From the NCBI GenBank assembly GCA_951406725.2, contig OX597815.1:146196001-146260000 (forward strand): 64,000 nt of DNA, read 5' to 3'. The DNA is from Octopus vulgaris (Eukaryota). The position numbers and the translations under genes are program-made. This document shows positions 13,916 to 28,969 of this stretch, one piece after another (the first letter of the stretch is position 1; the number at the start of each line of letters is the position of its first letter). Below the pieces are notes generated by a model. That model was not told the DNA's origin and made no database searches. It worked only from the letters and a program-made list of their open reading frames with translations.

Positions 13916-15687
13916 TTTGTAGAAGTTGCAGTAAAGCTTTATAAAATGCGGTCGAAAGATTTAATCTGGGAGTATAATGATAACATGATATCACAGGAAG
14001 AAAATGAAAAGTAGGACTATGCAAAGTTTCGGCTGTATAACCAAATAATTGGAAGAGAAATGAGAAACTAAACAAACAGTATAAGAGAAGGGTTAGGAAG
14101 CTGATACAAACAAAACTAACCAAAAGTAATATTATCAAGACAACGGATATTTGTTTTCTGCCTATATTTTCTGCTCTCTTTTCTTTGAATGGGCAAAGAC
14201 AAAACTACTGGAATTGGACAGAACTAAACTACTCACACTGCATAACGTATACCACTCTAAAATAAAATTGCGAACCTCTATTTACAAAGAAAGAAAGTAG
14301 GCAAATGTTTGACAAAAACAGAAGACACTACTAGCGTTGTGATATTGTTTTATTTTAATCGATGTTGTGCGTAGTAAAGCAAGAATGTTGTCTCAAGCCT
14401 GAAATATCGAAAAATTCAAGATTTCAAGTACAAAATGATGAGCGACAATACAAATCGCAGGAAACAAATAACTCAATGGCTAATTCATATAACACTTTTA
14501 TTTTGGAAGTGTCTCTGGTTGTTGCTAAGAGATGGAAAACTGAATCGAGGGACTGGATTTGCAAAGTAAGGTCGCTCAGAAATAACCCATTTCAAAGAAT
14601 TTGATAAGAACAAAAGTCAAATAAGAATGTCTTGAGAAAGGGACGAAAGTCATTAACCCGATCCGTAGTGAGTGTATTATACTAACACAGAGTATGAACT
14701 CAGGCTTGGCTATATCGATAAATGCGTGCATTGTGGTGTTAGCAGTGTTGCGGATTCGAAGTGACGAACAAGTCGCAGATGTAAGATCATTTCAGGATAT
14801 CGACATTGGAAAGAGCGAATGGAATGTTTAGTTTGGAAGGATTTCAACTCACAGATTAGAGAGCCGAGATTAATACCAAAATTTATTTTGCTTATCGCTC
14901 TAAATAATCTGCTAATGTACTGGATTTGGTTGGTACTTCGTCATGTCGACAACGGAAGGATGAAATATAATGTTGAAATTTGCGAGATTTGAACTCCTGT
15001 CGAAAAGAGCAGGAATTAATTACAGGTTCGTATTTTATTCAATTCTAAACATTCTGTCAATTAAGAACAGTGGATATTAGTATCTTCCTTTAGTGGGTCA
15101 GTATCATTTTAATTTAACATTTCAAGGTAAGTCTAAATGGTTTTTGAATAGCTATTATGAGCGAGGTTGCTAAATATATATAGTAGCAGTAATATTGCAA
15201 ATATTACTGCAAATTGTTGATCACAGATTTCAATATTAAGGAAGATAAATGTCTACTCTGAACCTCATAAATAATATTTAGATGAACATCGTTATTAAAC
15301 TTCCAAGTGCTGGCTGCAAAATAAGATAAAATATCTCTTTTGCAGAAATGAGTCGTGGCAATGTTTGTGTTTATAACAAAGTTAAGAATATATTCATTGC
15401 CTTTTACAGGAAGTTTTGCTTACAATGATTTCAATATCATCAGTCATTTTGATCCGGACAACTATTTGCTTGTTTTCACAAGAATTGTGTAAATATTTAT
15501 AGCACCACTTGTATTTTCACAATGTCGTTCACGCTCAACAAGAAAGAACAACTAGGATGTAAGGTACAAATGATCAGTATTGAGCTTTTTCAATTGATCA
15601 CATCTACAAACAATTTCGATTTAGGTATTACCTAAAAATATCAAATGATATTGGTCAATTCACTTATTGATACCAAACCTACTCTCG

Positions 15688-15730
<43 letters not shown>

Positions 15731-15738
15731 CATGCTTG

Positions 15739-15832
<94 letters not shown>

Positions 15833-15878
15833 CTTGAGTGTATGTACCTTATATATAAATACTTCATATATGCATATA

Positions 15879-15930
<52 letters not shown>

Positions 15931-16501
15931 CTTTGGAAAAAAGTCAGAACTGAAAGAATATTTTCATATCTTAAATATATATATTCGATATTTTCTTCAG
16001 TGATATCGATCTGTACAAATTTGAAATCAAATACCTCTTGTGTAAGATTATTTTTATCGCACTCTCCTACACTCATACACACACGTTCAGACATACACAC
16101 ACACACACACTCACACACACATATATATGTCAGATATCAATATGTGAGATTTTGTTTTGTATGATAATTTCGGGTGTACATATGTTTACAACAAATATGT
16201 TCTGTAAGTACGTGAGTAATGTTTAATGTAGAAATATAGTCTGACATAAGTGTTTTCCTTTATAGTAATATTGCTTACAAATAACGATATTTGATAATAT
16301 AGATATACAAAATAATGTATTACGATTCAATGATAAATGTGACTGATATACACTTTTTACTATTTCACTGATTCAATCGTTTAGTCGCGCTGCGAACTCT
16401 CTTTCTCCCTTTCTCTCTCTCTCTCTATATATATATCTGTGCACACACAAAGACACACTAGCACACGCATAAATACACACACGCCAACACATATACATTT
16501 G

Positions 16502-16548
<47 letters not shown>

Positions 16549-16791
16549 TTTATACATATATAACACGTTCGCGAACACACATACAGTATAAGTAATTTCT
16601 ATATAAAACATTACCAACATACAAAAAAAGGATAACTGAATCCTTTTTTTGAGGTTTATATTTAATAATTTTTACAAGTAAAAAGGTGACAGACACTTCA
16701 AAGTTTTGGTGAGCAAGTCACTGCCAGCCTGTTACTTTTGTAAAAAATAATATACATATACACACATGTGTGTATGTATATATATATATAC

Positions 16792-16877
<86 letters not shown>

Positions 16878-18733
16878 ATGTGCGTTTGTCCTCCAGCCAT
16901 CGCTTGACAACCGATGCTGGTTTGTTTATGTCCCCGTAAGAGTGGTTCGGCAAATGAACATAGAAAATGATAATGGAAAACGTAATGCTAATTACTATAT
17001 ATGTACACTGGATTTGTGCTAGTGGGACGTTACACGATAGATCTAATCGGACAGGGCCTTTTTTAGGTTAAAGATAAAACAACGATGTTTATCTGCTTCA
17101 ATATATATATTGATACTAATTTCTACTCTTTTTTACGATTCTCGAAATCAGCTGTTTGGAAAGATGGTGTTTAGAACTTTAGAATTTCTTTCAGCCTTTA
17201 TCTGAGATTGTCCCAAGGCGAAGGGAATATACTTTGTTCATGGTCATCTCGTCTAACTTCAGGATGGATTGTTTTTCTCTAGGTTCTGCACAATTCAAGA
17301 AAGGTTCTGAGTTAGCGTGTCCCTCATCGCGGCAAGTTTTAGCACTATTGTATGAACTGCATCTACCAATTTTCTCTTGAGGAGGGAAGCTGGTCTTAAT
17401 GTTATATCATTGTGTGACTGACTACTGGTTGCATACAGAAATACCAAGCATTTTAGCATATTCCAGCTGCAAATTATGAATATTACGATTAGTACGTAAC
17501 TACGAGCTTCCTCAAACAGCTGTCGAGTTAAGAATTTATGTATTTTCTTCATGTATATTTTCGGTTTTTTTCATAATGTGATGGAGGTTTTTGGTATAGC
17601 TATTGTATGCGGCTGAAGAGAGCTTTAAACCATCTGTTATGTCGACTATACCTTGATGAAAGAATAGGTTGTTGTATAAAGCTTGAAACAGGTGTACCGC
17701 GATATCCTTTGTGTTCTGTTTTTTTATTTCATTTGATGCATATATATATATATATATATAAATGGATACATAGACATCTGTATATTTATTATTTCCCACA
17801 ATCACAGGCTTTGATTGTTTTCTTTTTCCTATTTTCGAGTACAGAGGCAAAATATGCGAAAATTTTCTTGTATTTGACGGGTATTTGAAAACGGAAATAT
17901 ATTTTTAATGTTTCTCCTTTAAATTTCCAAACAACTCCTTGCTTGTACGAACTGCAATTGTTCAATGTTATTCAAGTTAGCAGTGGTTCTCTCACTTCAC
18001 TGATGTTTCCTGGAGACGAAATTTGGCAGTATTGTCTTCTATATTTATTCAGTTATTCACGTCATGCCTATCGCATAACCTTCCCTCGTCTCTAACTAAT
18101 AATGTACATAAAGATAAGAATACTCTTCAAAATTGACTAAGTTTGCTTGAAGCAAAATCTGGTCTGCGGGAACTTTAATCTTTGAATTAAGCAGGTATGA
18201 GATTTCATATAAAACGAAGAGAATGGTGCCTGTCTATAAGAAAGTGATGCTTGTTTAAAATTATTGAAGGGAAGCATTACGTGTGTCAGTAAACATAACA
18301 GAATGTGACATGACGATACGCACGGGGATATCGAGATAAAGAAAAATGGCTGCTTTGTTTTTATAATTATTCTCCTGTGAATAATCTCTTGTGGCTAATT
18401 TGCGACAAGAAGTTCAGAATCAACTTATCTGCCAGACCAAATGTTACATGCGGTTGGCGGCATTGATTATGGCAGACATTTACACAGTGAATTTTTTCAT
18501 CGATGTTGTAAGGTAAGTTTAAGGTGAAACCGCTGGACGCCATAGATATTTAGTTTTATCGGCAAAATAGTCTATATTCTGTATTTGGAAAGCAGAACGT
18601 AAAGAGATATAATGAAAAAGAGATGGGAATGTGTGAACATTTTTCGACAGATTCACTGAATATAACAGATTTTTAGATTAAGTCCAAGACAAAAGGTTGC
18701 TGGGAAGAATTACAGTTATGTTCCATCCTCTGC

Positions 18734-18796
<63 letters not shown>

Positions 18797-18840
18797 GTAA
18801 TAGTAATAATCATAATAATAATCATAATAATAATCATAAT

Positions 18841-18904
<64 letters not shown>

Positions 18905-18987
18905 GTAATAGTAATAATCATAATAATAATCATAATAATAATCATAATAATAATAATAATAATCATAATAATAATAATAATAATAAC

Positions 18988-19039
<52 letters not shown>

Positions 19040-19048
19040 GTAATAATA
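18734..19048. repeat. (AAT)n microsatellite
   Basis: About 315 bp of AAT with AGT/CAT variants. Confidence 0.95.
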
Positions 19049-20229
19049 AGGTGTTTGCAGAGTCTGAAAGGCTTTAATAGAATGTTATATCAGGAAGATT
19101 TGAACGGGAAATATTCAAAGATAAGGCAAAATATTAAAAGTTGCTGGTGTTTAGTTTCATGTGAAACCAGGTAGAGTAGAACTACGATAAAAGATGTTAC
19201 ATAAATAATCATCTTGTCTACACTTCGGACACTGCTTTTGTATTTCAACATGTTTCAGAGTTTGGATATAATTTGAGGGAAGTTAACTGTTATTTCTAGT
19301 AAGTTGCTTGAGTCTAGATAGAACCTTGCTTCCCTTTGGTATACTACAAACTATTTAAGGGTACGTTTCGGCCAATTAATAATTTTAGAATTATATATTG
19401 GATAATTTCGTGATACGTAATCTGACGGAAAGAAATGGAGTATTTTTATTTTTGATGTCATTGGAAGATACATACACAGAGTCATACACGTCTAAAGAAT
19501 TTGAGCCAACCGGGAAGGTGCAATGAAGTAGGCAAATTCACATATGACTGTTGTCGCATATGAGACCAGATAGAGCAGAACTAAGATGATCGTGGTGTTC
19601 ATTCTTTCGACAGTGTTTTTCTGTGCCAACTCTTTTCAACGAATACTGCATTTTGCAAGGTGAGATATAATTTTACTATCATTTCTCTCGTACATAAATG
19701 GATTTAATTACTAATACACACACATACTTACAGTCATAAAGAGCGCGCGTGTGCGCACACAAACACATAAGTATTCATAAATTGGCTCCAAAACTAACTT
19801 ACTAAGAAGTAAAAAATGATGGTTACTTATTGAGGCAGAAGGCCAGTGGCTATGATGGGGTGGAGGGTTTATTCGATTCAAACAATTCCAATGATTTGTA
19901 CATTATTTTATCGATCTCGAAAAGATGGAAAAGAAAATTTAACTTCTACGTGATTTGAACCCAAAACATATTGATTTATAAACAATAACAATAATAAAAC
20001 AGTAATAAAAAGGATGAATATATCGGGAAATGGAGGCATAACTATACAGATGGGGAAGCTACGGCTGGAACAGACTTACTCATTATTACACTGGATCGCG
20101 TCTAACTTGTTGTTAAACAACGTCATCAAAACCAACCATCCTATCAACTTAAACAAGAAGATATACAGAAGAGGATTGAGATCAGAACTGTTGTAAATTG
20201 GTATATGTTTCGTACGAAACACATGAATC

Positions 20230-21117
20230 GTCTGAATGTTTGTGTGTGAAATTTGTTTATGGCAAACTCCAAAGAAGCACGTTGGCAGGGTCCGCTTTGA
20301 TATTAGCGTGAGGGGTAGCAATGACCTTCATGATGCAGTGTGCCGAGGGAATCGCCGTGTTTACTTCGCAAGTTGTGAAATTTGTGTTTTTGCGATCACA
20401 TGTATGCTGTAGTCTGCGACGTTTGGCAATAACTGGAAATTTGAACAAAGAGCCAACGTGGAATTATGCATTGAACTTGGAAAGTCTGCTACAGAGTCAT
20501 TGAGCATGCTTCGGCAAGTTTATGGCGACGAGACAATCGGTTGTACACAATGTTTCGAGTGACACGGGCGCTTGAAAATCGGAAGGATGTCTGTGGTAGA
20601 CGATGAATGCTCTCGAAGATCTGCCACGAGCGTCACCCTTGGAAATGTGGAAACATTTCATCAGCTTGAGCATAAGGACCGTCGGAGGGTAATAAATGAC
20701 ATTACTGGTGTTATTGATGTGTCATATGGGTCCGTGCAGGCAATTCTAACGTCTGGATTTTTCACGACGACAATGCACCCTGTCGTCAAGCTCTCCTCAC
20801 TCGTGAGTTCATCGCCAAGAATATCATGGTATCGATTCCACACCAGCCCTATTTGCCAGATTTAGCACCTGACGACAACGCAGCTTAAGGATCATCGTTT
20901 GACATCGTTGACGAGATTCAGAACGAATTGCGGAAGGTTCTTGCCTCGCTTACAGAAAACGGCTTCCGAGCCAGATTCCGAAAGTGGCAGGAACGTTGGG
21001 TCTTGTGTATTGCTGCGCAAAATGACTATTTCGAAGGAGATGGTGTTAAAACTTTGGTAAATAAGTTATTGTATATTATACATACCTAGTCCGAGAACTA
21101 TTTGACACCACCTCGTA
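20230..21117 (+). mobile_element. Internally deleted mariner (Tc1/mariner) relic
   Basis: HTH region EQRANVELCIELGKSATESLSMLRQVYGD...DRR...VSYGSVQAILT is joined directly to FHDDNAP...PHQPYLPDLAPD and KWQERWVLCIAAQNDYFEGD. Right TIR-like end ...TTTGACACCACCTCG|TA at 21087-21117. Left TIR not located. Confidence 0.85.
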
Positions 21118-21359
21118 TACACACACACACACACACAAACACGCGCGCGCACACACACACACACACAAACACGCACACACACACACACACATATATATAT
21201 GGTCCCAACGTATGATAAACAAAAGGCAAAAACAGGTGAAGGAACAACAAAGAATGGAAAATTCTTTGACGTTTGCAGCTTACGCTCTTCGACAGAAAGT
21301 GATGAGATTGAAGACATGGAATGAGAGAGAGAGAGAGAGTGAAAGAGAGAGAGAGAGAA

Positions 21360-21392
<33 letters not shown>

Positions 21393-22013
21393 ATCAGATA
21401 AATATTGAGAGACAGAGAAAACCGCGAGACGAAAATGCATCGGAAGCAACGCGGACGCACACATACATTTTAGCAACAAAGACAGAATTAATACCGAAAG
21501 GTAATATCTCCATTTAAAAATGGATGTCAGAAGACACTATACTGCAGTAGATACCACGAGTAAAGCACACATATTGACTTCTGTAGTAAAATGTACTTTT
21601 GTTTATCTAGCTAGTAGGGAGTTAAAAACCTGACACTTCCAGTGTCGATTACGCCCTTCTTTGGTTTTGTCAATGATGGACACTTGTTCGCTAGAGATAG
21701 CGGCGGCTCATCTCCCCACCAGTGAAATATAGAATAACAGTGCCAGAACAAACGCTGCTGAATCGATTAGCCTGTCAGCTTCCCAAAGGTGCCACGCAGT
21801 GGGACTGACCCAGAATCCTGTAGTTGGAAAGCACGCTTCTTACCATACAGCCACGCCTGTCTACATACATACATGCATGCATACATACATGCATACATAC
21901 ATACACACTTACGTACATACATATTTACATAAAAAGATACATACATATGTACATGCATATATGCAGGAATAAATAGACCGATATATTTATATAGAACATA
22001 CGTACTTACGTAC

Positions 22014-22050
<37 letters not shown>

Positions 22051-22328
22051 CACATTATATATATATATATATACATTATATATATATATATACATACACA
22101 TTATATATATATATATATACATATACATTATATATATATATATATATACATATACATTATATATATATATACATATACATTATATATATATACATATACA
22201 TTATATATATATACATATACATTATATATATATATATATATACATATACATTATATACATATACATATATATATACATATACATATATATACATATATAT
22301 ATACATATACATATATATATATATTTTA

Positions 22329-22364
<36 letters not shown>

Positions 22365-22979
22365 CATGCATACATACTTACATTCATGAATACATACATA
22401 CGCATATCTGTTCTTTTCTAAAATGATGCTGCATTGTATCAAGACAGAACGAATTCATCCATTTTCTGAAATAATTGTTCTCATTAATTATCTTTCTGAA
22501 TCTAACAGAATTAGTAGAGGAATCCTCTAATCGCGTGTGAACTCTCAATTATATCTGCCGTGTACAAATTTGATGGCAAGCAAATATGTGCTTTGAATCA
22601 TAGATTAATTTAGTCTCAGATAAATTGTTCATAAACGTAGCCAGCCCTCAATATGTTGCGGTAAAAATGTTTATGCGTACGTGCGTACACTTGTTTGTGT
22701 GATCTTGCATTTATCAATGTATATATATAAATGCACCATATATGTATGCAACTGTATGCCTGTGTATGGGGATATCTATGTGTATGTTTATATGTAAGTC
22801 GGTACGCGGGGAGGGGGAGATAGGCAGGAATCTATTCTTTTTACCCTTGTCGTTTTCTTTGATAATACTAAAATCGGATATCCGGTAATCTGTTGTAAAA
22901 TTAAAACTCATTATTACCTGCTGACGTCGCCGCCATGTATAATGAGAATGGTGATGAGTCTAATGAGGACGGGGGCTGG

Positions 22980-23370
22980 TGATTACTACCAATACTATTA
23001 CTACTACTACTACTGAGATGACGACGACGACGATGTTCATGATGATGGTGCTGGTGATGATCGTGATGGTGATGGGGATGAGAATGATGTTGATGATGAC
23101 GATGATGATGATGGTAACAATCAATAATGTAGTCGGTATGGCTACCGATGACGACAATAATGATGATGACGTTGATGATGACCGTTATAAAGTTGACGTT
23201 ATTGATGATGCTGATGATGATGTAGATTAAGTTAATGACGACGATTATGTCCGTACTGTTGCTACTGATGTCCATGCTGTTGCTGACGCTGTTGCTGTAG
23301 CTACCATTGCTGCTGCTGCTGATGATGATGACGATGGTAATTATCATGACGGTTATTATGGTGATGCGAA
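22980..23370. repeat. Degenerate (GAT)n/(GCT)n trinucleotide low-complexity tract
   Basis: Direct reading. Confidence 0.9.
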
Positions 23371-24834
23371 TATTTGAATTTCACCAGAGATAACATTTTT
23401 GATTGCTATTCTGTCATTAAATATTCAATCCCATTTCGGAGAATGAGATAATAAGAAAAAAAAAGATACAAAACAAAATACATGAAAACAAACATGTGTA
23501 TAAAAATACAAGAGTAATAGAAATAAATACAGAAAGAAAGAAAAAGAGGCATTCGAACTCTAAATACGTACAAAACACTGCGGTTGCTTACACACAAACA
23601 TACACAAATGCTCCCCCTCTTTCTCGTTCTCTTTCCCTTTGTCTTTCTCTCTCTCCTCTTCTCTTAATATTTATCTATCTGTCTATCACTAGCACACACC
23701 TACACATGCACAATAATATCCAATAGACTGCATTAGAATCAACATAAAATTGAAACAAGTAGTCTATATCTGATAATAAATATGGCAATGGTTGAAAATT
23801 ATGTAAAATAAAATGGAATAAAAAACACGACTGGACCGAATATAAATCCAAGTTGATTAGTCTGTTTCAAAATTCTGCCCCAGTATTTTAATAAATGTAT
23901 CAATTTTGACATCATGAAATACATCTCACATGAAGAGATTCCGTCTGTTTTTAATTAAACTCTCAGAAAGAAGTCACTTTATAAAGTATCATAAAGAAGA
24001 TGTCGGTTTCTTTCGAACGTCTTAAGAAATTCTACTTCATTTTAGTTTCGTTGCCTTTATCATTTTTGAAATGAAAAAAAAAAAAAGCGTTCTTCAAATC
24101 AAGAATTGATAAAATTCAGTCACTCGGGTTTTAGCTTTTGGTTTTGGTTGTGCTTCTAGAAAATGGAGGAAAAGAAAATGAGATGGGGAAGAAACAAAAG
24201 ATGACAGAGAGGAAAATAAATATTGACGAAAGTAAGGAGCGAGAAGATGTAGAAAATGACATAATTTTAAATTCTTTCATTTGATTTAACAGTAAACAGT
24301 TCAAAAGTATGCTGATCTCAGTTGTTGCTGTTACACTTGTCAGACTGGCCCTGATCGAGCATAAGCAGTAAGCAAATATATTTTGCATTCACAAAATGAC
24401 AATATGGTCATGTCATAGTAGCGACATCACTCATTATATAAAACACTCTTTGTTGTCATTTCCCCTATTGACCAGTGCGTTATTTTACCCCAAAGATGGT
24501 GCGCTGGACTATGACGGACATTTTGTTGGCATCACTAGAAAGTCGGACGACGATTTAGTTCAAGCAACAACACTTCTTTTGCCGGATTAGATTTCAGTGG
24601 CAGGATTAGAATTTCGGTATTTTGTTATCCCTCTTTAACTTTTGATTCGAAATATCGCCAGGTTAGACTTCACTTTTCCTTTCTACATATATATGTTTAG
24701 CATTTACCCAAGGGTTTGAATAAAATCTTCCCTCAGAAGATGTTTATCGACAAGATATTCAAATCTGATAATTGCAGTTTCTAAACTGGATGGATGGATG
24801 GATGGATACATACATACATACATACATACATACA

Positions 24835-24865
<31 letters not shown>

Positions 24866-25782
24866 GGTATAATTATAAACATGGTAAATTTTAGTCATTT
24901 CTCCGCAGACTGAAAAAAAAGGCTGAGTAACCTCAATCGATTTTCGAGCCTTGTTGGGTTCCCATTAGGAGAGTCTACATCATTCTGACAGTCTCCAGAG
25001 AAACAAGCTGCCAAACTGTTTATATACTCAACAAATGCAGCAGTTACTCTATGAACTCCCTAATTTGCATATCGAAAGTGTTTAACACTCAATAAATATC
25101 AGCGGCCTGTCAACGGGGATCTTAGTCCACACATTATCGAGGTATTATATGATAAATATGTAACATATATATGTAGAGGATACGGCAAATGGCCACATTA
25201 GTTGCAATTTTGAAGAAAACTACCACTATTATAGTAGGAAGGGTTCTTCTTCTTAGTGAGTGACACCGAGGTAAAATATACGAAGCCCAACATACCCATC
25301 ATGACTACCCGTCTGATAAAGATACACCAAGCACCATATGTGCGCGACATGGTGACCTAATATCAAGTTAAACAGCGCATGACCTTGCAGGTGGAGCCCA
25401 GTTAGAATTTTATTCATATCGAGTAGCCCATTCCGTTCAAAATGCCCCTGAATAAGCTTTGCTTTAAGGATGATGAACAAAAGGCCCATGTTTCCAAAGG
25501 TGAATTATTCAAACCCCTAAGAATTCCTCTCAACACATGGCTATGATGCTCCCCCACTGCTTCTGCTCGTGATCAGAGATTCACATATCGCCAGCCACTA
25601 AGGGACATGCTCAACAGGTTAAAGTCAAGCAACTGATGAGCAAATCTGTGGAATTGAATAGAATATTTGCTGTAGCCCATCCTTTATACGAAGACACAAA
25701 TATGTACACGATAACACTTCCAATCAGTAAAGATGAGAATCCATGTGAGCCTGTGTCTGGTATTGCATCAGGGCATATTATT

Positions 25783-25813
<31 letters not shown>

Positions 25814-25822
25814 TTATTATTA

Positions 25823-26025
25823 AAGCGGTGACATGACAGGATTGTTAGCACGCCTGGCAAAATGCGTAGCTGCATTCCGTCCGTCTTTACATTTTGAGTT
25901 CAAATCCCTCCGAGGTCAACTTGAATTCTTCCTTTCAGGGTCGATAAAATAGAGCTCCAATTAGGTTTCTCTGGTAAATTTAATTGAATAACGCCATTCC
26001 ACAAGTTTCAAGCTTCGCGCCTATG
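25823..26025 (+). mobile_element. SINE family A copy (older)
   Basis: TTAGCACGCCTGGCAAAATG...GAGTTCAAATCCC...CCTTTCAGGGTCGATAAAA. Follows (TTA)n. Confidence 0.7.
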
Positions 26026-27466
26026 TTATCAGCGATTAGGCACATTTGGAAATAATTCTTAAAACATGCTAAATGCAAAATAGTTATTACTTTTACTAGG
26101 TTACCCGTCACATGACTGGTCTCTTTTGTAGTATATCTTTGCCATCATGGATAATATCAAGAAATATGGCATACATACAATAATGATAATTTGACGATTG
26201 TTAAATTCCAAGGTGAAATAAATACCAATTTTCAAAAGAAATATATTGATTACTTTAAAATAAATTAAGTAAAGCATATTTGTATAACGCTTCCCATAAC
26301 AATTTGTAATTTACTCACTCGCTTCTTCATTCTCTGACACTACGATTCTCTCGCGCTGTTTTTTCGTGAGTGCAAGTAGTGTTCTTTCACTCACTACCTG
26401 TCACTAAGCCTAGTATATGAACTCAAACTGCACCTCTTATGTTAACTCTATCAATCTCCCTTTTACACTCTCTGTCCTCAACTCTCGCCTTACGATGTAG
26501 AGCGTGACTCGGAAACTCAACCAGTCAACATTTATATCAGCTTCTTAAAATATATAGATTTAAAAGAATTGCTAATACGTCAATCAAAACACCCATATTT
26601 TTACTTAGTTTCCTCAATTTACGTATTGTATTTTCTGTTTCATCGTCCAAGGGCCGATAACATAAAAGTAATAGTTCTTAACTTGATTCAGTTTAATATT
26701 CTTATAATGTATCCTAAATGTGATTGGAACTGCAATAGAAAACTTAAGACCAAAGCAACGTACTTAGTTTCTCAAAATGGAATCAATCTCAGAGCGTTTT
26801 TATATATTTGTGTACACGTATGTATACTAATAGCTCGATAAATACGTGTATACTTGTGTATATATATATAATATATGAGTATGAGTAAGTGGCTGTATGC
26901 TAAGATACTTATGCGCATATGAGCACATATACGATATGTGCTCATATATTATACATGGGAGTTGCATTTTAACAACAACATTTGTTCATTGTTTTAATTC
27001 TCCACCTCCTCAAACACTTCGTTTCGACCTCTCGCCTTTCGACTCCTACTTCTTCCTATTCCTCTACACCATCGTTATATAAGTCAGCATCAGCGTTATT
27101 ATTGTGATAATGTAATTTATTTCCAAAAAAACAAAACAAGACAAAACGAAAAACGTTCTTACAAAAAGATAGTGTAAAAGAAAACTAGGTGATTGTAGCG
27201 ATAAATTAAATGTGTGTGTGTGTGTGTATGCTGATTTTATGTGTGTGCACATATGTGAAGAGGGAGGATATGAGCGTAAGTAGGTGTGTGTTGTTTGTGT
27301 TAGTTTCTGCTCAATTGAGACAGAGTTTGAGAGTTATTCGACGACATTCTCCGTCTAGACACTAATATATATTAAAGACATTTCCTACTCAATAATGTAT
27401 GTGTTTATATTAAAGCGTAATTAGATGGTTTCCCAAAGTTTAGGCCAGCAAATACTGTGTATGTGA

Positions 27467-27497
<31 letters not shown>

Positions 27498-27498
<1 letters not shown>

Positions 27499-27710
27499 TA
27501 AGGTATGTAGAAAAATACAACATGGACAAGAACGTATAACTCTTAGAAGACGATACAATAAACACGGACAGGACATTCGAAACCCTCAGTCTTCAGTCAA
27601 GAACCGGATCATCGTAGTAATTTCGGCTGATTAATCTTGAGATTACTAGATCACGGCCAGCCCTCCAAGAAAAACTAAGCAACGAGCATTAGAAAAACTA
27701 AGCTGGAAGC
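27498..27710 (-). mobile_element. Unclassified (TA)n-embedded repeat; second copy at 63365-63493 (+)
   Basis: CAAGATTAATCAGCCGAAATT...GATGATCCG.TTCTTGACTGAAGA is shared between the two loci. Confidence 0.65.
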
Positions 27711-27742
<32 letters not shown>

Positions 27743-27745
27743 TTT

Positions 27746-27785
<40 letters not shown>

Positions 27786-28522
27786 TACATACATACATAC
27801 ACACGCACACATTCAAACGCATACATAGTTTACATTATTTTATCTATTTCAGCTTTAGAGAGTGGCTATGCTGGAGCACCGTCTCAGAATGTTTAGTTGA
27901 AAAACTGCAACTCAACAGTTATTATTTTTACGTCTGGTACATATATTATTTGATCTCTCTTACCAATCCTAATTTCAATGGCGTAAAGAAACCAACATCG
28001 ATAGTCAAGCAATCTGAGGATAAATGCAAAATCTCTCTCTGTCTCTGGCTCTCTCTCTCTCACACACATACGCACACTTACATACGCACAAACACACACA
28101 CATACATACACAAAGACACACCAACGCGCATTGCAGAAGGTAATGAGCCGCAAGTTATTTTCTTGACGCTCTGAAGCTTTTGTCAATTCGCCCCCTTGTC
28201 TTAATAAAATAATATAGCAACATTTGAAATTTTGTCTCGGCAAATCTAGCTGAGGAGTACTAATAACTTTTACGATAGCAAACGTAATTTGATGAGCCCG
28301 AAACCTATGTCTTAGATTATCCAATTCTGAGTTGTCTATTTATCTAATGTTCTTTCTAGAGGTAAGATGATTTTTTTTAATGTTCGCTGCCCGCATCCAT
28401 CTTTGCCAGAATATATACAGTGAAGCTTTACTATAGCGACGTAAAATTAACGACTGCTATTTCTAGTAAACATTAGTGCCTTGCTGTACCACTATTCTCT
28501 CTCTCTCTCTCTCTCTCTCACA

Positions 28523-28598
<76 letters not shown>

Positions 28599-28909
28599 AT
28601 GCTTGATTCCACTAGCGACAGCTGATGACGGGGGTTTTTTCCTTGTGTAGCACGTCCTGTAACTGTTTTTTTTCGTTTTCTTGTTTTTTGTTTTTTTGTT
28701 TTTTCCCGTTTCTACGTCTTATTGTGGCGTCCTGTACTCACGTATAATTATTTTTATATGCATGTATATATACATGTAGATGTAGGTACGTACATACATG
28801 TTTGTATGTATGCATATATTTTTATTTATCACATTATTGTCTGACAGCGCCCCGCGTCAGGTTCGTTCCGATTCGTCGTTTCGTTCCACCTCTTGGTTCC
28901 TGTTATTTT

Positions 28910-28969
<60 letters not shown>

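Noticed and set aside
17100-18660. Complex, microsatellite-poor stretch, possibly exons or a DNA-transposon relic
   Set aside because: Frames examined contain stops and no family could be recognised with confidence.
22901-23347. His/Ser-rich ORF ending near a CAG|GTAATA donor-like site
   Set aside because: Derived from (GAT)n low complexity, with no acceptor or homology support.
27610-27675. Minus-strand GGCTG...CAGCC-GAAA stem as a hammerhead (also 63375-63390)
   Set aside because: The CUGANGA box reads CTTGGAG and there is no convincing NUH triplet. At best a decayed motif.
28620-28670. CTGATGA in a (TA)n-flanked element
   Set aside because: No closing stem II plus GAAA found.
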